This document shows positions 13,045 through 26,147 of a DNA stretch of 64,000 bases, piece after piece. The notes beneath the pieces were generated by a model. The model saw only the letters and a program-made list of their open reading frames with translations, was not told the DNA's origin and did not search any database. Position 1 is the stretch's first letter. Each line of letters begins with the position of its first letter. A program made the translations under genes and the position numbers. Source of the DNA: Sphyrna mokarran (lineage: Eukaryota); assembly GCA_024679065.1 (NCBI GenBank), contig JAGIQG010000006.1, positions 37,262,001-37,326,000 of the forward strand, read 5' to 3'.

Positions 13045-13590
13045 AGAAAATGAGTACACCATTCAGCCCTTCCAGCTCCCATTCAGCGAGATCATGATTG
13101 ATTTGTATCTTAACTGTATCGACTCACCTTGGTTCTGTAACCCGCAATAACTTCAGCTCACAAAAATCCATCAATAGCAGTTTTGATATTTTTAATTACA
13201 TCAGATTCCACTGCTTTTTGGGAAGAGTTCCAGGTTTCTCTATACTTGAAAAAAATCAATCCCAAAGGCTTTAGCAAAAGAGGAAATGTTTCTGTTTGTC
13301 CTATCAACTCCTTTGATCATTTTAAACACCTCAATTAGATCACATTGTAATTTTCTATATGCAAGGGAATACAAGCCGTGTCAAAGGAACTTTGTCCATG
13401 TAATTTAATCCTTTTAGCCCAGATATCATTCTAGTCAATCTGTATTGCACTCTCTCCAAGGCTAATATATTTTTCCAGCAATACAGTGCTCAAAACCGAA
13501 CCCAGTGTTTTTAAATGGATTCTAATCAGAGATTTATATATTTGTAACATAATTTCCACCACTTAGTATTCCAGCCACTGTAGTTAACAG
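13045..13590 (-). mobile_element. Old degraded CR1 3' fragment
   Basis: CR1-like 3'UTR and ORF2 remnants (ttctagtcaatctgtattgcactctctccaaggc). Confidence 0.6.
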
Positions 13591-14118
13591 TGCATTAGTC
13601 CTTCCAGTTACTTTTTTGTCTCATAAAGTGGAGATGGACAATTAGTTCCAAGATGCAGCAACAATTTCAGTAAAACTTACAGCCACAGTCATTTTGTGTC
13701 TGTATGTTTGTTCATTATGGTCAAGTGGTGGATGTAATGGGATTGATGCATTTGTTTGTTTTTCAGTATTTCTCGTAGGGACAGCTGCCAGCTAGGATAC
13801 GTGTCCAGAACTGTCAATGACAACAAAATAGTATGAATGACACTTATGATCTTGAGCTGTGACAGCAATCGCAACCCACATAAAAATAAATGTGGTCATA
13901 TTTTAAACCCATACATGTGACTGACAGGATGGCATTATACTGGAATGGGCAAAGTCCCAACACTGGACCCTTATGCAAGTCTCAAGGCTGCAGAGTGGGG
14001 AGGGAAGGTATTACAGCAGTTTTTGTAGAAAATGCTTTTAAAGTTGGCCACTCATTGGGCCCAACATCCAATTAAGGCCAGGATGTGGATTGCTGATCCA
14101 ATCAGAGGGCCAACAGTT

Positions 14119-14890
14119 CTTTGATTTGATTTGATTTATTATTGTCACATGTATTAGTATACATGAAAAATACTGTTTCTTGTGCACTATACAGGCAAAG
14201 TTTACTGTTCATAGAGAAGGTCATGAGAAATTGCAGAATGTAGTGTTGCAGTTCATAGCTAGGGTGTAGAGAGAGATCAACATAATGCCAGGTTGGTCCA
14301 CTCAAAACTCTGATGCAGCAGGGAGTCGCTAGGTACATGACCTCAGACTTTTGTATTTTTTTCCCAAAAGAAGAAGGTGGAAGAAAGAATATCCAGAGTG
14401 CCTGGGGTTCTTAATTACGCTGGCTGCTTTGCCATGACAGCGGGAAGTGTAGACAGAATCAATGGATGGGAGGCTGGTTTATGAGATGGATTGGGCTGTA
14501 TTCACAACCTTTTGTAGTTTCTTGCCATCTTGGACAATCTGTAATACCAGCAGAAAGAATGCTTTCTAGGGAGCATCTGTAAAAGTTGGTGATGAGTCGT
14601 AGCGGACATGCCAAATTTACTTAATCTTCTGAAAAAGTAGATGGTGGGCTTTCTTAACCATAGTATTGGCATGGGGAGACCAGGACAGGTTGTTGGTAAC
14701 CTGGAAACCTAAAAACGTGAAGCTTCCTGGAGTCAATGGCAATCATCTTTGTTTTGTTGACATTGAAGGAGAGGTTATTGTCTTTGCACCAGTTCACCAG
14801 ATTCTCTATCTCATTCCTATACTCTGTCTCATCATTATTTGAAATCCGACCCACTATGGTGGTGTCATCAGCAAACTTGAATATCAAGTT
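14119..14890 (-). mobile_element. Rex/Babar LINE 3' fragment
   Basis: KFADDTTIVGRISNNDETEYRNEIENLVNWCKDNNLSFNVNKTK; (aaatc)n tail after tgtgacaataataaa. Confidence 0.88.
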
Positions 14891-15540
14891 GTTCTGGAGT
14901 TTAAGCAGTGCCATCAAGAATAGTGGGTGCAGCTGAGACCATGTGGAGAATATCAGGGCATCTCAACAAGGAAGCACTCTTTAAACAGTCATTTGAATTT
15001 TAAAGATGGTTCAGGATGTTTGACAACACTTCTCTGTGCACTTCTCTGAGGCCTGCGGAGCTGATAAGCCTTACCTGGCCCTTGTTCCATTTCCACAGCA
15101 TGGAACCTGCAGTTCTGGTGCTCCCACTGCGCATCCCCCCACCAGAAATTGCTGGAAGACCACCACCATATAGCTAACTGCCTTCCTGCCTGGCAAGGGA
15201 CCTCACCACCACCAACAAAATGCTAGAAGCCCAAAGAAGTTGTTCTTAATTTGGTCTATAATTCTTCTGAAGTCTGTGTACATCTGAACATCTGCCATTC
15301 CTGTTGTTTGACAACATTCCCGACTGCGTGACTGCATCGGGGAGCCATCTTGACACAATTCCCCAATATTTTACTGACAGCCAGCCTTGGGAGTCATAAA
15401 ATTCCCAGCCACTGTCATTGCAAACAATGGCTTTTTGAAGATCAATGTACAGGAGAGAAGAGATTAAACTCTCAATGACAGCAAGCAAAGATAATGTCAG
15501 CATGCAGGACTAGTGGAGGAGTTAGTACACATATCCGATT

Positions 15541-15790
15541 AATCACAGAATCCCTACAGTGCAGAAGGAGGCCATTTGACTCATCAAATCTGCACTGACC
15601 ACAATCCCACTCAGGCCCTATTCCCAAAACCCCACATATCTACCCTGCTAATCCCCATGTCACGAGGGTTAATTTAGCATGGCCAATCAACCTAACCCGC
15701 ACATCTTTGGATTGTGGGAGGAAACCGGATCACCCGAAAAATCCATCCTGACACAAAGAGAACACACAAACTCCACTTAGACAGTCACTG
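15541..15790 (-). mobile_element. V-SINE (5'-truncated), CR1-type tail
   Basis: agaatccctacagtgcagaaggaggccatt tail and V-domain core. Confidence 0.85.
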
Positions 15791-16379
15791 GACAAGTGTT
15801 CAAATGATAGACAAATGTACCCATTTATGCCATCTTAAATTGATGTCCCATCACCTCCGCAGAAGACCTACAAAAAAAATGCTAAAGTTTGCATTTTCAT
15901 AGAACCTTTGAGATGCTTGTTGCTTTGCTTTACAATAACTCTTCAAGTTATCTACACATTCTGTGATATTAATTTCTTACAGGTAGAGATAGTCCATATG
16001 ACTATCTGTAACCTTTCTCAGTTTTATGTTATCATTCTGAGGCATGCAGCTCCAGCAGACGGTGATGACACCTGGATATTGATGGCAGCTGACATTGTGA
16101 AGGTTAGACTTGAATATAAAATGCCTAGCTATTAAATTGTATGAACTCCATCAACAGTAGACTGAACTAAAGATTGGAAAGGGATCATTTTAAGTGAGTG
16201 AAATAATTTCCTGCCTGTACACTCTCTAATCTGAGCTGTTGGAAGGACAGTGGTGGCATTATTCAGCACCATCTGGTGGTGGCTTTAGTCCTACCTTGGG
16301 ATCATCCACTGCTTTGTTGCTGCAGATGTTGTGAGATTTCAATCCTGGGTCCCAACAGCTGCATATTTTCAGATGGCTG

Positions 16380-16600
16380 GGCTCTGAATGATGGTAACCT
16401 GCTTCAGCACAGGCTGAAACGTAGGCCTCACCTTTCTTCAAAGCCTCTGCATCGTTATGAAAATGGTGTCCAAAATAAATGTGGAAATCGTGACCCTAAA
16501 CACAGCACTGATCTTTTTTGCAGGGCAAGGAACTGGGTTGTGTCCTCAGTGTCACATCTGGGGTTCACAGAGGCAACTGCACATGTCCAATTCCAGCTGC
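16380..16600 (+). pseudogene. Possible Harbinger transposase remnant
   Basis: Decayed VTLNTALIFFA...GFTEATAH loosely resembles the HARBI1-family segment VALNFFATGSFQ..GISQSAAH; weak match. Confidence 0.3.
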
Positions 16601-16849
16601 TTCAGACTATCTGATTTTCAGCAGCGGGATGTTCAAAACGTGACTTGTAGATTTTAGACCTAATCAGAGATGGGCTAAAACTGCCAGAGTTCTTTGGAGA
16701 GGCAGGATATGCTTTTGGATATAGTCCAAGGATAGCTTTCAAGGAGGTTAGCCTTTGAAAAAGGGAAATTGCCTTTTGGGAAAGGTAAGACGTCCTTTGA
16801 GATTGTTAAAAATAGCCATGCATGTGCGTAAAATGCACATCAGCTCATT

Positions 16850-16950
16850 GAAACTGTCAAGAAAGCTGTGAAAAGGAGCTATCAAAAGGAACTGTCGAGA
16901 GAACTGTCAAAGAGAACTGTTAGCAGAGCTGTTGAAAGGAACTGGAAAGG
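16850..16950 (+). repeat. Degenerate ~13-bp tandem repeat (aaggaactgtcaa-like, ~7 copies)
   Basis: gaaactgtcaa gaaagctgtg aaaaggagctatc aaaaggaactgtc gagagaactgtc aaagagaactgtt... Confidence 0.7.
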
Positions 16951-19149
16951 TGCTTAAAACTCCTGCCTTTAAAATTTTGAAATAACTGTCTACAACATTA
17001 AAAAAAAATTCTATCTGTTGACATAAACTTGAGGGTTGTGATTACAGGATTAGTGCTGCATGACTGATTCCACAACAGTTCATTATCACAGTGAAGTGCG
17101 TGTCCAGCTCATAGTTTGATTGACAGCTCCAAGAGATTATAAATTCCTTTAAGTGGGACTAAGAATTCCAATGCTTATTTTAACAAGAGATTCAAGGAAA
17201 TTATAGTGAATTTAAATGGTGAATTTGTCAATAGACTCTTAAGAATTTTACTAAATTTCAGCTTGATCCTGAGGTTTGCCCATTGTAGTTACTGGGTGAG
17301 TTGTCATGGTGGGTGTAAAGGCAAAGGTTGGTAGGTGGGGACATGGATTGGCATGAGTTACCAGGAAATTAACTTAGGAGCTTTAAAGGGCTATGGGGGT
17401 GGACAGAGGTCATAATTTGGAGGATAAGAATGGGGAAAAGCAGAGTGTCAAATATAGGCATGGAAAATACGAGGGGATATTGGGGCAAAAGGAAAGGGCA
17501 CAATGTGACAATGATTACTATGGATTGGGTGTGGGGAGTATGCAGGAGGATGAACGGATGTGAGGCAGAGCTGTTTCTTACTTTGTTAATGTTTTTCATT
17601 GATTCAGCAATGTGTGGGTGCACCAAGACAGGACTTGTGCCCAGCTCCCTCAGGGAGCCAGCACAGTCTGTTGATCCATGCTGTTGATGCTGTGTGAAAC
17701 TATGACTATGCTAGACTGTGCTAACATGTCATCCAGCCTTTCCAACGTATCATCAGACCTGTGACTCTCTGCACTTGAGCCTGCATTCAAAATGATAACC
17801 TTCAGTAAATTTCATCCAACATCCATATTCCCAAACTACCAATCTGCCCATGTCCTGTTGAAGCCACTTACAGTCGAGTAAATATTCTTCCTATTTCTGT
17901 GTCCTATTTTGACATTAACACCCAATATCTTTTCAATTGCATATACAAATATTGATTAATCTATACAAATGTCCTTTACTCATCTTGAGCCCCAATCACC
18001 TAATTCCATTATAACTGGAAGCTTTTCTCTCTGTTATAATACCTCACTCGTCACTACTAGAGACAATGTTACATTCCTGGGCAGCTTTCTTTCCTGTCTT
18101 CCATCATCTGCAATTTCAAGCGTTTCTCCGTGGCGCTACATTGTTTTTCTGAGGATCTGTTTACATTGGTTTGTGCTCATTTAAATTTCACACACGATTA
18201 CAAAATTATACATTGTTCTCCAGCTCATGAATCGAATGTCCAACACTCTGCACGTGATAGCATGAGTGCAAATTGCGATGGCATAGATTTCTGTACATTG
18301 CACAGACATCCACAAAAGAGAAAAAAAGATCCTGAATTTAATCATAAAGTGTAATCATATTTGCATTTTAAATGACGATAAAGTGGATTTCACTGAAGGT
18401 GATTATTAATAATTATTTCCTTCCAATGCAATGTAAATTAAATATAAAAAGGAAATAATTGTGGGCCATATTGTAACCTAATTATTCTGCAGCAGATGCT
18501 AGACACTTCTACAGTGACATTTGAAACGGTTCTGGTGAAGCAGCAATAATCATTAAGGTAATCATATTTTATGCATGATATGCATGAAAATGGGAATGAG
18601 AGGGTACAAGAATACAAAACGGGGCTTTGGAATCATGTATCTCATAGAAACCTCAGGATGAATGGTGCCTCCATGTTCGAGGCAGCTGATGCAGTCACTC
18701 ACTCTCTCCTCTCTCACTTTCAGATGGCATCAGGAAGAAGCAAGGCCAAGCTTGGGGAAGTCCTCGTAGGTCCAACACAAGCTTGGAGAAGAACAAAGAC
18801 ATTGCAGACAACCCGAGATGTCACAGCTGAAACCTGCACCCTCCCCAGCTTTATGAGGTACACCATAGTGCCCTTTAGTTCTAGAGTAGGAAGAGTCTTA
18901 TATTCTGGCTTCATGGCATGGACCCAAGTCTTTAGCAGAAGGAGACAAGCTGAGCTCACCAGCACTCGGAGGACTGCTGAGGAAGAAGTCCAAGCCTGAT
19001 CTCGGGCCTCTGGAATCAACCAAATGATGGTGGAAAGTCAGCAAGAGGCAGAGGGACATCAAGCAGAGGCAGTCAACAGAGTGGCACATGAGGCAAAGAA
19101 GCTGTCCACCTTTTGGTTGTTAAGTGGTGCTGATTTGTGCAGGCATAGA

Positions 19150-19378
19150 GGCCTTCATGGGGAAGGTGGAGAACTGCGTGGAGGCTCCATGGGGAGGTGG
19201 AGGGCTCCATGGGCAGGGTGGAGGCTCTATGCGAAAGTGGAGGGTTCCATGGGGAGGGTGGAGGGTTCCATTGGGTGGGTGAAGAATTCCATGAGGAAGG
19301 CAAGGACTCCATGGAGAGGATGGAGAGCTCCATGGGGAGGGTGGAGAACACCATGGGGAGGGTAGAAGACACCATGGA
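19150..19378 (+). repeat. G-rich 21-bp minisatellite (ggagggctccatggggagggt, ~10 copies)
   Basis: Recurrent ccatggggagggtggag units with 20-21 bp period. Confidence 0.9.
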
Positions 19379-20444
19379 GAATCTCTTCAGCAGATTCTGA
19401 TGGAGATGTTCACAGACCTACACTCCACCCGGTTGCCATGGGTAAACACCTGCAATATCTACGCAAGAGTGGGACAGGACACCTCCACCTCCCTTCAGGT
19501 GCTTCTTCCCCTCCAGGGGTCAAGCAGGGTCCCTTAGCCACCGGAAGGGAGGAGGAATGGCAGCAGGACACCCCTGGGATCTCCAGTCAGAGCTTTCTGA
19601 CCCTTCTGAATCCCCTTTCCCTGTGATTCCCTCAACCTCGTTCTCTGTTACCACCATGGGAGGGAACTGCCCCACACGAGGACAGCCAAAGGAAATTGGG
19701 ACTTCCAGGGCTTAGGTCTTCAGAGGGAAACCACCAAGGTCATCCAAAGCAACAAGGTCAATGAATGACAAACTGCCTCCACCCCTACTGCAGATGTGAA
19801 GGGAGAACCTAACAATGATAGGGAGAGAAAAAAAGAGTAATGTCTGAATTCAGAGATGGTTGCTTGGGTGCACTATGATTGTTAATGTTATGACACTTTT
19901 GTAAATATATCTCACTTACATTTTAATCATGTCAAATGTGGTCTATTTGCATATCCTGCCCACTTCATCTTCCCGGGGATGTCCTGTTCTCAGAATGAGG
20001 TATCTGCAGGAGGCAGTGGTATTTGCCAGGGCCCTTATGAGCCTCGTGGAGGAATTCCTGTACAAGCTGAGATTTTGCCCTTCACACTCTTGATTGTCCC
20101 TAGCCCCAAGCACTGTTGTCCAGTTGATCTCTATTTCCAGCCACCCTTAATCACTATTCCACTCCCTGAAATATGAGAGACCCAGCAGCTGCACAGTTTG
20201 AAGGGCAGCTATAGGGCTGACCACTAACACTGGAAATCCTGCTGCCGACCTCTGAATACTGGGAATCCATCATGTGCTCAGCAATCTAGCCATACAGGTA
20301 AAAGTTCCTTCAAATGCCAGTATCCTAACATTTTACCTTTCTTTGCACTGGTTTCCCTTCTCACCCACATAAACAGATCTAGTGTTGCTAAGCAGCAGGA
20401 AGATGATGAAAGACAATTTAAAGAGTGGGGAAAAGATGTTGGGA

Positions 20445-20700
20445 CAGAGATAATGTCATTGGATTAGTATTCCAGAAGGCCAAGCTAATGCTCTGGGACA
20501 TGGATTCAATCCCACCACAGTAACTAGTGGAATAATTCAATGAATACACCTGAAATTGTTATGATCACCTTGCTGAAAATAATTCTCAATGATTTCTGTA
20601 AAAATAAATTTGGCTCACTATGTCATTAAAAAAAAATCAGTCATCTGACCTGACCTGATCTGGCCTACTTGTGACTCCATCCAAAGCCATGGGTGCAAAT
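20445..20700 (+). mobile_element. Degraded tRNA-derived SINE (non-V family)
   Basis: taatgtcattggattagt...ggattcaatcccacca head and ctggcctacttgtgactcca 3' part; related remnant at ~25270-25430. Confidence 0.5.
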
Positions 20701-21407
20701 TTCTGAGTTTTCTTAAATGTTTGCTTAAAACATGCTTTGCTTAAAATTTGCTTAAATGTTGTCTTGGGCAAGAAAAGCAGAGAGAAGTCCGCTGGCTGTC
20801 TTACTGTCCTTTTCCACTGTATTTTTAAACACTTTAGAAGGAGGTAGGCCACACAATGTCATTCATATTAGTAGATTGATTGATGGGTATTTGAAAGATA
20901 GCTGCCGATTTTATAAAAATTAAAAACAGAAACACAGCACAGAATCTCCCCAACAGACAAGGACCCCTCTCATGAGCCCAGACAAGCCCAACCAGCACCT
21001 CCCTATACAGACATGGAATCATGTCCCCTCTCACTCCAAGGAACTAACCCCAATGCATACTACAGGAACTCCCACCACCCACAAGGAATCCCCGCACTCC
21101 AAAACTCCTTAAAGAATGCCCTGTCCAGCAGTGCCCCCTGACATTTTCCCTTGATATTGACCAAGCATGATCCTATTCCCCCGTGGCCTGCACATATCTG
21201 TGCGACCCGGCGGGGTCTGTTTGTCAGTCCCCCCTTTGTCAAAACCTGTTGCAAACTCCATCAACATGATGTCATGCCAATAGCAGGGATTGATACAGCA
21301 GGGAGGCCCATTAAATGTATGTTAATATAATTAAATGAAGTTCCTGTCAATGAAAGACAGGAACCCTGTTATGTTATTGGAGGAGGGCAGGGACAATTCA
21401 GCACACA

Positions 21408-21830
21408 AGCATAAGATATAGGAGCAGAATTAGGTCATTCAGTCCACTCCGTCATTCAATCATGGCTGACATGTTTCTCAACTCCATTCTCCCACCCCTT
21501 ACCCATAATCTTTCATCCCCTTACCAATCAAGAATCTATCAATCATTCTCTTAAATACACTCAATGACTTGGTGTCCATAGCCTTCCAATGGTAATGAAC
21601 TCTCCAGATTCACCGACCTCTGACTGAAATTCCTCCTCATCTTGGTTCTAAAAGGTTGTCCCTTTACTCTGAGGGCTATGCCCTTGGATCCTAGCGTCTC
21701 CTACTAAAGGAAACATCTTCTCCATGTCCAGTTTATCCAGGCCTTTCAGCATTCTGTAAGTTTTGATGCAATCTCCCCCTCATCCTTCTAAACGTCATGG
21801 AGTACAGACACAAAGTACTCCATGTTGGCC
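21408..21830 (-). mobile_element. CR1 LINE 3' fragment
   Basis: cataagatataggagcagaattagg tail and 3'UTR; same subfamily as 26148-26500. Confidence 0.8.
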
Positions 21831-22954
21831 TGAAAGCCATTTTGGACAGTCCTCTCGATTGTCCATCTCCACTACCATTCCCTCCTGCTGAAAATGGGGT
21901 GGAAGATTCCCTCTCCTCCAATGTGGATTCTTTACTACCTTCCTGGCCTCGCCAGGCACTTCCAAGAGCAAGAAATGCTCGTCTTGCCAACATGTCCACA
22001 CCTTATGAAGGAATAAATATAAAGAAAAGAATAAAATGCCTAGGGTCATTGTTATTCAAATCAGAGGAAGACTAATATCTAGACAAGTCAATCATATCAA
22101 AAAAACTTTGGTGGTTTGGGATCAATGTTTAACCAAACCTCGCTTGCATTTTCAAATCACAGCCATGCTAGTTGAAGATCTGTTAGCAATAAGAGCTAAA
22201 GTCTGCTACATTTGGCCACATATTTGTTCTTTGCAGTCCAGCTACCTATCAGCAAGTCGACAACTTGTGTAGCAAGAATTTAAACCCATACTTTGCACTG
22301 GAAAATTGGTCCAATGAAAAAGATTGTTGAAGTCAAGGCAGAGAGGAGAAAACTGAGAAAATAGCGACATGCTTTTGATACACTTGAACCTTTTGAAAAG
22401 AAACAAAATTGTGACAAAACACAGCAGAGCGAGAAACGAACAAAAATTCTTCTGATGTTAAATTGCACCAGCAGAAATAAAAAGACAGATGATATTCATA
22501 AAATTTTACCGACCCACAAATTGGGAAATGGAAGCAAATGAGTCATAGCAAACAATGTAATTATTTACTGCCAAATAAAATTCAGATAGTATTAACATTG
22601 GTTTCTTGTGTTATATAATGAACTTTTATTTGTGTTAAAAATAAATAACGTGGGAGATATCATAGAAATTCCCTTGATAGGGAATATTTTCTACAGCAGA
22701 TGGACAACTAAATGATTTAGGGAAGCTGGCTGAATAGATATGCAGCTGTGGATCTGTGATTATCTCAGGAGGAACTGAGCATTTACTCTTGCCAGACATT
22801 TTGTTTTGCCTGTACATTTAGAGGACACAGTAGCATTTGTCTTTTTTTTTGTCTCAGGCTTTCCTCGTTTTCAAAGAACAATGTATATTTCAAGATTAAA
22901 TGTCATAATGCATGTATTAGACTTCCATATTTGATTGGCTTTCAAATGTGAAGA

Positions 22955-23137
22955 TACATAAGAAAGTTCTACATGTCATTGTATGGCTTGCCATAGTCAT
23001 TTGATTGTGCCATGAGGCAGTCTACCTGGAGACTACCATCTTGAGATAAAGACTTACAATGAAGCTTACAGTGAAGACCAGCAACAAAGACTTGTAATAA
23101 AGCACTGAGGAAGTATGGCTGTCCTTAAACTCAAAAC
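22955..23137. repeat. Copy A of an unclassified ~150-nt dispersed direct repeat
   Basis: atggcttgccatagtcat...tgccatgaggca...agcactgaggaagtatggctgtccttaaactc; matches 24295-24447. Confidence 0.85.
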
Positions 23138-23530
23138 ATGGGGGTGGAATTTTCCCAAAAAATATCTAAGTGTCAAAATGGCAAGAGTAATGGAGTGATT
23201 CATACCGGTCTCTCGGGAGCACTCTGCACCGCAACGTTCAAAGGGCAGCCCAATCTCAAATGCAATGGGAGAGTCCCTCCCTCCCCGCATGGACATCAAA
23301 GCAGCCCATCATCAGCAGAATGTTTTCCCAGTCCCTCCCTAACACTGATCGCCATCATCAGGGCCTTCCTAGTAGGTCCCCCTACCTAACCCTGACATGT
23401 TCCTCCCATCAAGACTGCATTCAGGATCCACCCCTGCATGATCCCACCCATCAGACCACCCCCCCCTCAATACAAAGCCTCCCCAGTCATGGCCTCCACT
23501 CAGGCCCCATTCCTTTGGCATTGCCCTAGA
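23138..23530. mobile_element. Non-autonomous DNA transposon fragment
   Basis: Terminus gggggtggaattttccc and GC-rich interior similar to 2000-2872 and 30419-31513. Confidence 0.45.
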
Positions 23531-24294
23531 ACATTGGCATGACAATAATGCTGAAAGGATAAATTTGTCTGACAACCCAATACAATGGCAAGAAGAAAGA
23601 TCTTGCATTCCAAATTATTGATGGATTGAATAGCTACTCGTCTCAGTTGAAGCAAGTTTAAAATGTTGACTGGTTAGCCTGAATGTGATGACAGAGAAAT
23701 GGCCACAGAAAATCCCAGAGAGTGGGAAGCAAAAGGTTCCACGGCGAGGGAGACAGAAGACTCTAGAGAGAGGGAGATAACTTCAAGTAAACCACAATAT
23801 GGTTGCTGATCAGTGCAATGAAATGCACAAGCAAAAGATAAATAAAACAATTCCATATGATTTAAACTGAGTGTATACCATTGAAAATGCACACTAAACT
23901 GAACCAAGCTGTGCGACATCAGAATATATAAATTTCAAAGACAACACAAAGATATGGGGAGGAAATAATGTTCTTCTATTCCACAGTTGGCAAAACAAAG
24001 TCGGAGTTGAAAAACTCAACTAGATGTACAGCAAGGCAAAATGACAGGCAGGAAAGGCACGCAAAGAAGTGGTAATCCTAAAAGAAGAATCAATAGGTAA
24101 TCAAACAGAAAACACGAGGAGCCAGTGATATAATCTGGAAATCATTAAACCAGTGGAGGCTAACAGGTGTTAGCGCAGGAGAACAGTATGCAGCTGTGTC
24201 TTGGGCAATTCACAGTTAGGCATAATTGTGCATGAAAATTTGTCTAGGAAAAGGGGATGTTTATATCTTTTGCTCAGTATGAAAAGGAGATGCT

Positions 24295-24447
24295 TAGATG
24301 TAAGATGTTGCACAGCATACATGGTTTGCCATAGTCATGTGGTTATGCCATGAGGCACTCTATCTGAAGGCTACCTTGGGATCAATTCAATTAAGACCTA
24401 CAGTGATAGAGCACTGAGGAACGATGGCTATCCTTAAACTCTAAACA
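24295..24447. repeat. Copy B of the unclassified ~150-nt dispersed direct repeat
   Basis: atggtttgccatagtcat...tgccatgaggca...agcactgaggaacgatggctatccttaaactc. Confidence 0.85.
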
Positions 24448-25764
24448 AAGTACATATCAGATCTTTATGGATTGTTTCTTAGAAATACACGCCTGTCGGT
24501 TTGCTTTGTAGTAGGCCTTATGGCCCAATGACTAGCATCCCCACTTCTGAACCAGACTGTCTAAGTTTGATTCCCACCCAGAATTTGATGTTGTGCCCCT
24601 GACATGGCCAAGCAGGGCTGCAACTCCTTCCAACTTGAGCCAATTTTAGGGGAGGAATTACTGGGTGAGGTTCCTGGTCAGCCATGTGATGGAAAGACTG
24701 TCAGAACATCTCCTATCACTATTCATAGCTGCACTCTACAAAGTACAAGTTACCACAGCAACCTGGACTCCGTGCGACAAACTGTAGCAGACCACAAATA
24801 TATCACTTTTGAACAAACAGCTCTCTATAAATTACTTAAGAGTTGCATCTAACATGGACCTCAAGAATGCTGACTTCTCAATCAATTATAGAAAAGCTGC
24901 TCTCAGATCAGAGTACCGTGATACAGTGATTATGGCAGAGACCTCGACCAAGAATCTAGAGAATATTTGTTTATAATGCCAACATGGCAGTTTGAAAATT
25001 TGAATGCATCTTCTCTTAAAGCTGGAAATAAAGAGCTTAGTCTTTGCATTATCCAAATACACTGGACAGGAGCTGTTCAAGTAAGATGTTCATTTTCTTT
25101 CCAGCTCAGTTTTGCATTCCATTAACTTCAATGGAGAATAAAATTAATGGGGTGCTGAATGGACATTTGAATTACACCAGATTGGGGCTCTGGCAGACAG
25201 TAAAAGTGACCACGAACCTGTAAGATTCTCATAAGCACCAGAGAACAAACACAAATATTGTATTAAAGTAGTTGGAGAATTTGAATTCAATATTAAAAAA
25301 ATCTGGAAATAAAACTGGCATCAATATAAGAAATTTAGGTTGTCTGAATGTCACATAAGCCCAATTTGATCATTAATGCCCTGCTGTTCTTACCCGGTCT
25401 GGTCAATATGAAGCTCCGGACCCATCAGGATCTCTCAGCTCAAGGCTTCATTATAACATCAGTGTAAATATGGACAAAAGAGCAGGATTTCAGACATGAA
25501 GGAAGAAAAACTGCTCTTGACATGAAGGCAGCAGTGTAGTAACATCAATGGGAGTCAGGAAAAACTCTCCGCTGGCTGGAGTCATGGTTGAGTTGTTGAA
25601 GGCCAATCCTCTCAATCCCAGGACATCACTGCAGGAATTCCTCAGGGCAGTGTCCCAGGCCCACCAATATTCAGAACTTCCTTTTTTTTTCATTCAGAGG
25701 TCATGGGGAGAAGAGAGGGAAAGTCAGACAATTGTTTGGTGTGTACAGTGACTGGCTTCCTGCA

Positions 25765-25895
25765 TAAAAACAAATTACTGTGGATGCTAGAAATTGAAAC
25801 CAAAAGAAAATGCTGAAAAATCTCAGCAGGTCTATCAGCATCTGTAAGGAGAGAAAAGAGTTTACATTTCGAGTCCAGATGACCCTTGTCAAAGT
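25765..25895 (-). mobile_element. Short hammerhead-bearing repeat (Penelope pLTR-like)
   Basis: - strand reads act TTGACAA gggtc atctg gactc GAAA tg TA; shares the body ctgctgagattttccagcatttt with other copies. Confidence 0.8.
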
Positions 25896-26147
25896 TGGCT
25901 TCTTGCATCTGGAGGGAGCACTCCTGCTCCTCCCGGCCTACAGAAATTTTTATGTTTGCAATTGCTTCATTGGCCTGGCCTTCTCACTTCTCTTTAACTG
26001 CTAGGAATCCCAAACTCCACAGCTGGCATGAGTTAAATTTATAAAGTCTGGTAAAATGGAAGCTTTCTTAAAAGATTTCAGCAATTGATCTGCAATCTGA
26101 GAGCAGATTGGTTCAAAATGTTCAAAGCAGACATTCATAAATATCAC

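Noticed and set aside
16262-16283. CTCF-like motif ccaccagatggtgct (- strand); similar one at ~2031-2045
   Set aside because: Single imperfect motif matches are expected by chance in 64 kb, and there is no supporting evidence.
19150-19378. CRISPR-like periodicity
   Set aside because: Head-to-tail tandem units without unique spacers, in a eukaryotic context with no cas genes.
19024-19400. ORFs with repetitive peptides on both strands
   Set aside because: By-products of the 21-bp minisatellite, whose frame is broken by indels.
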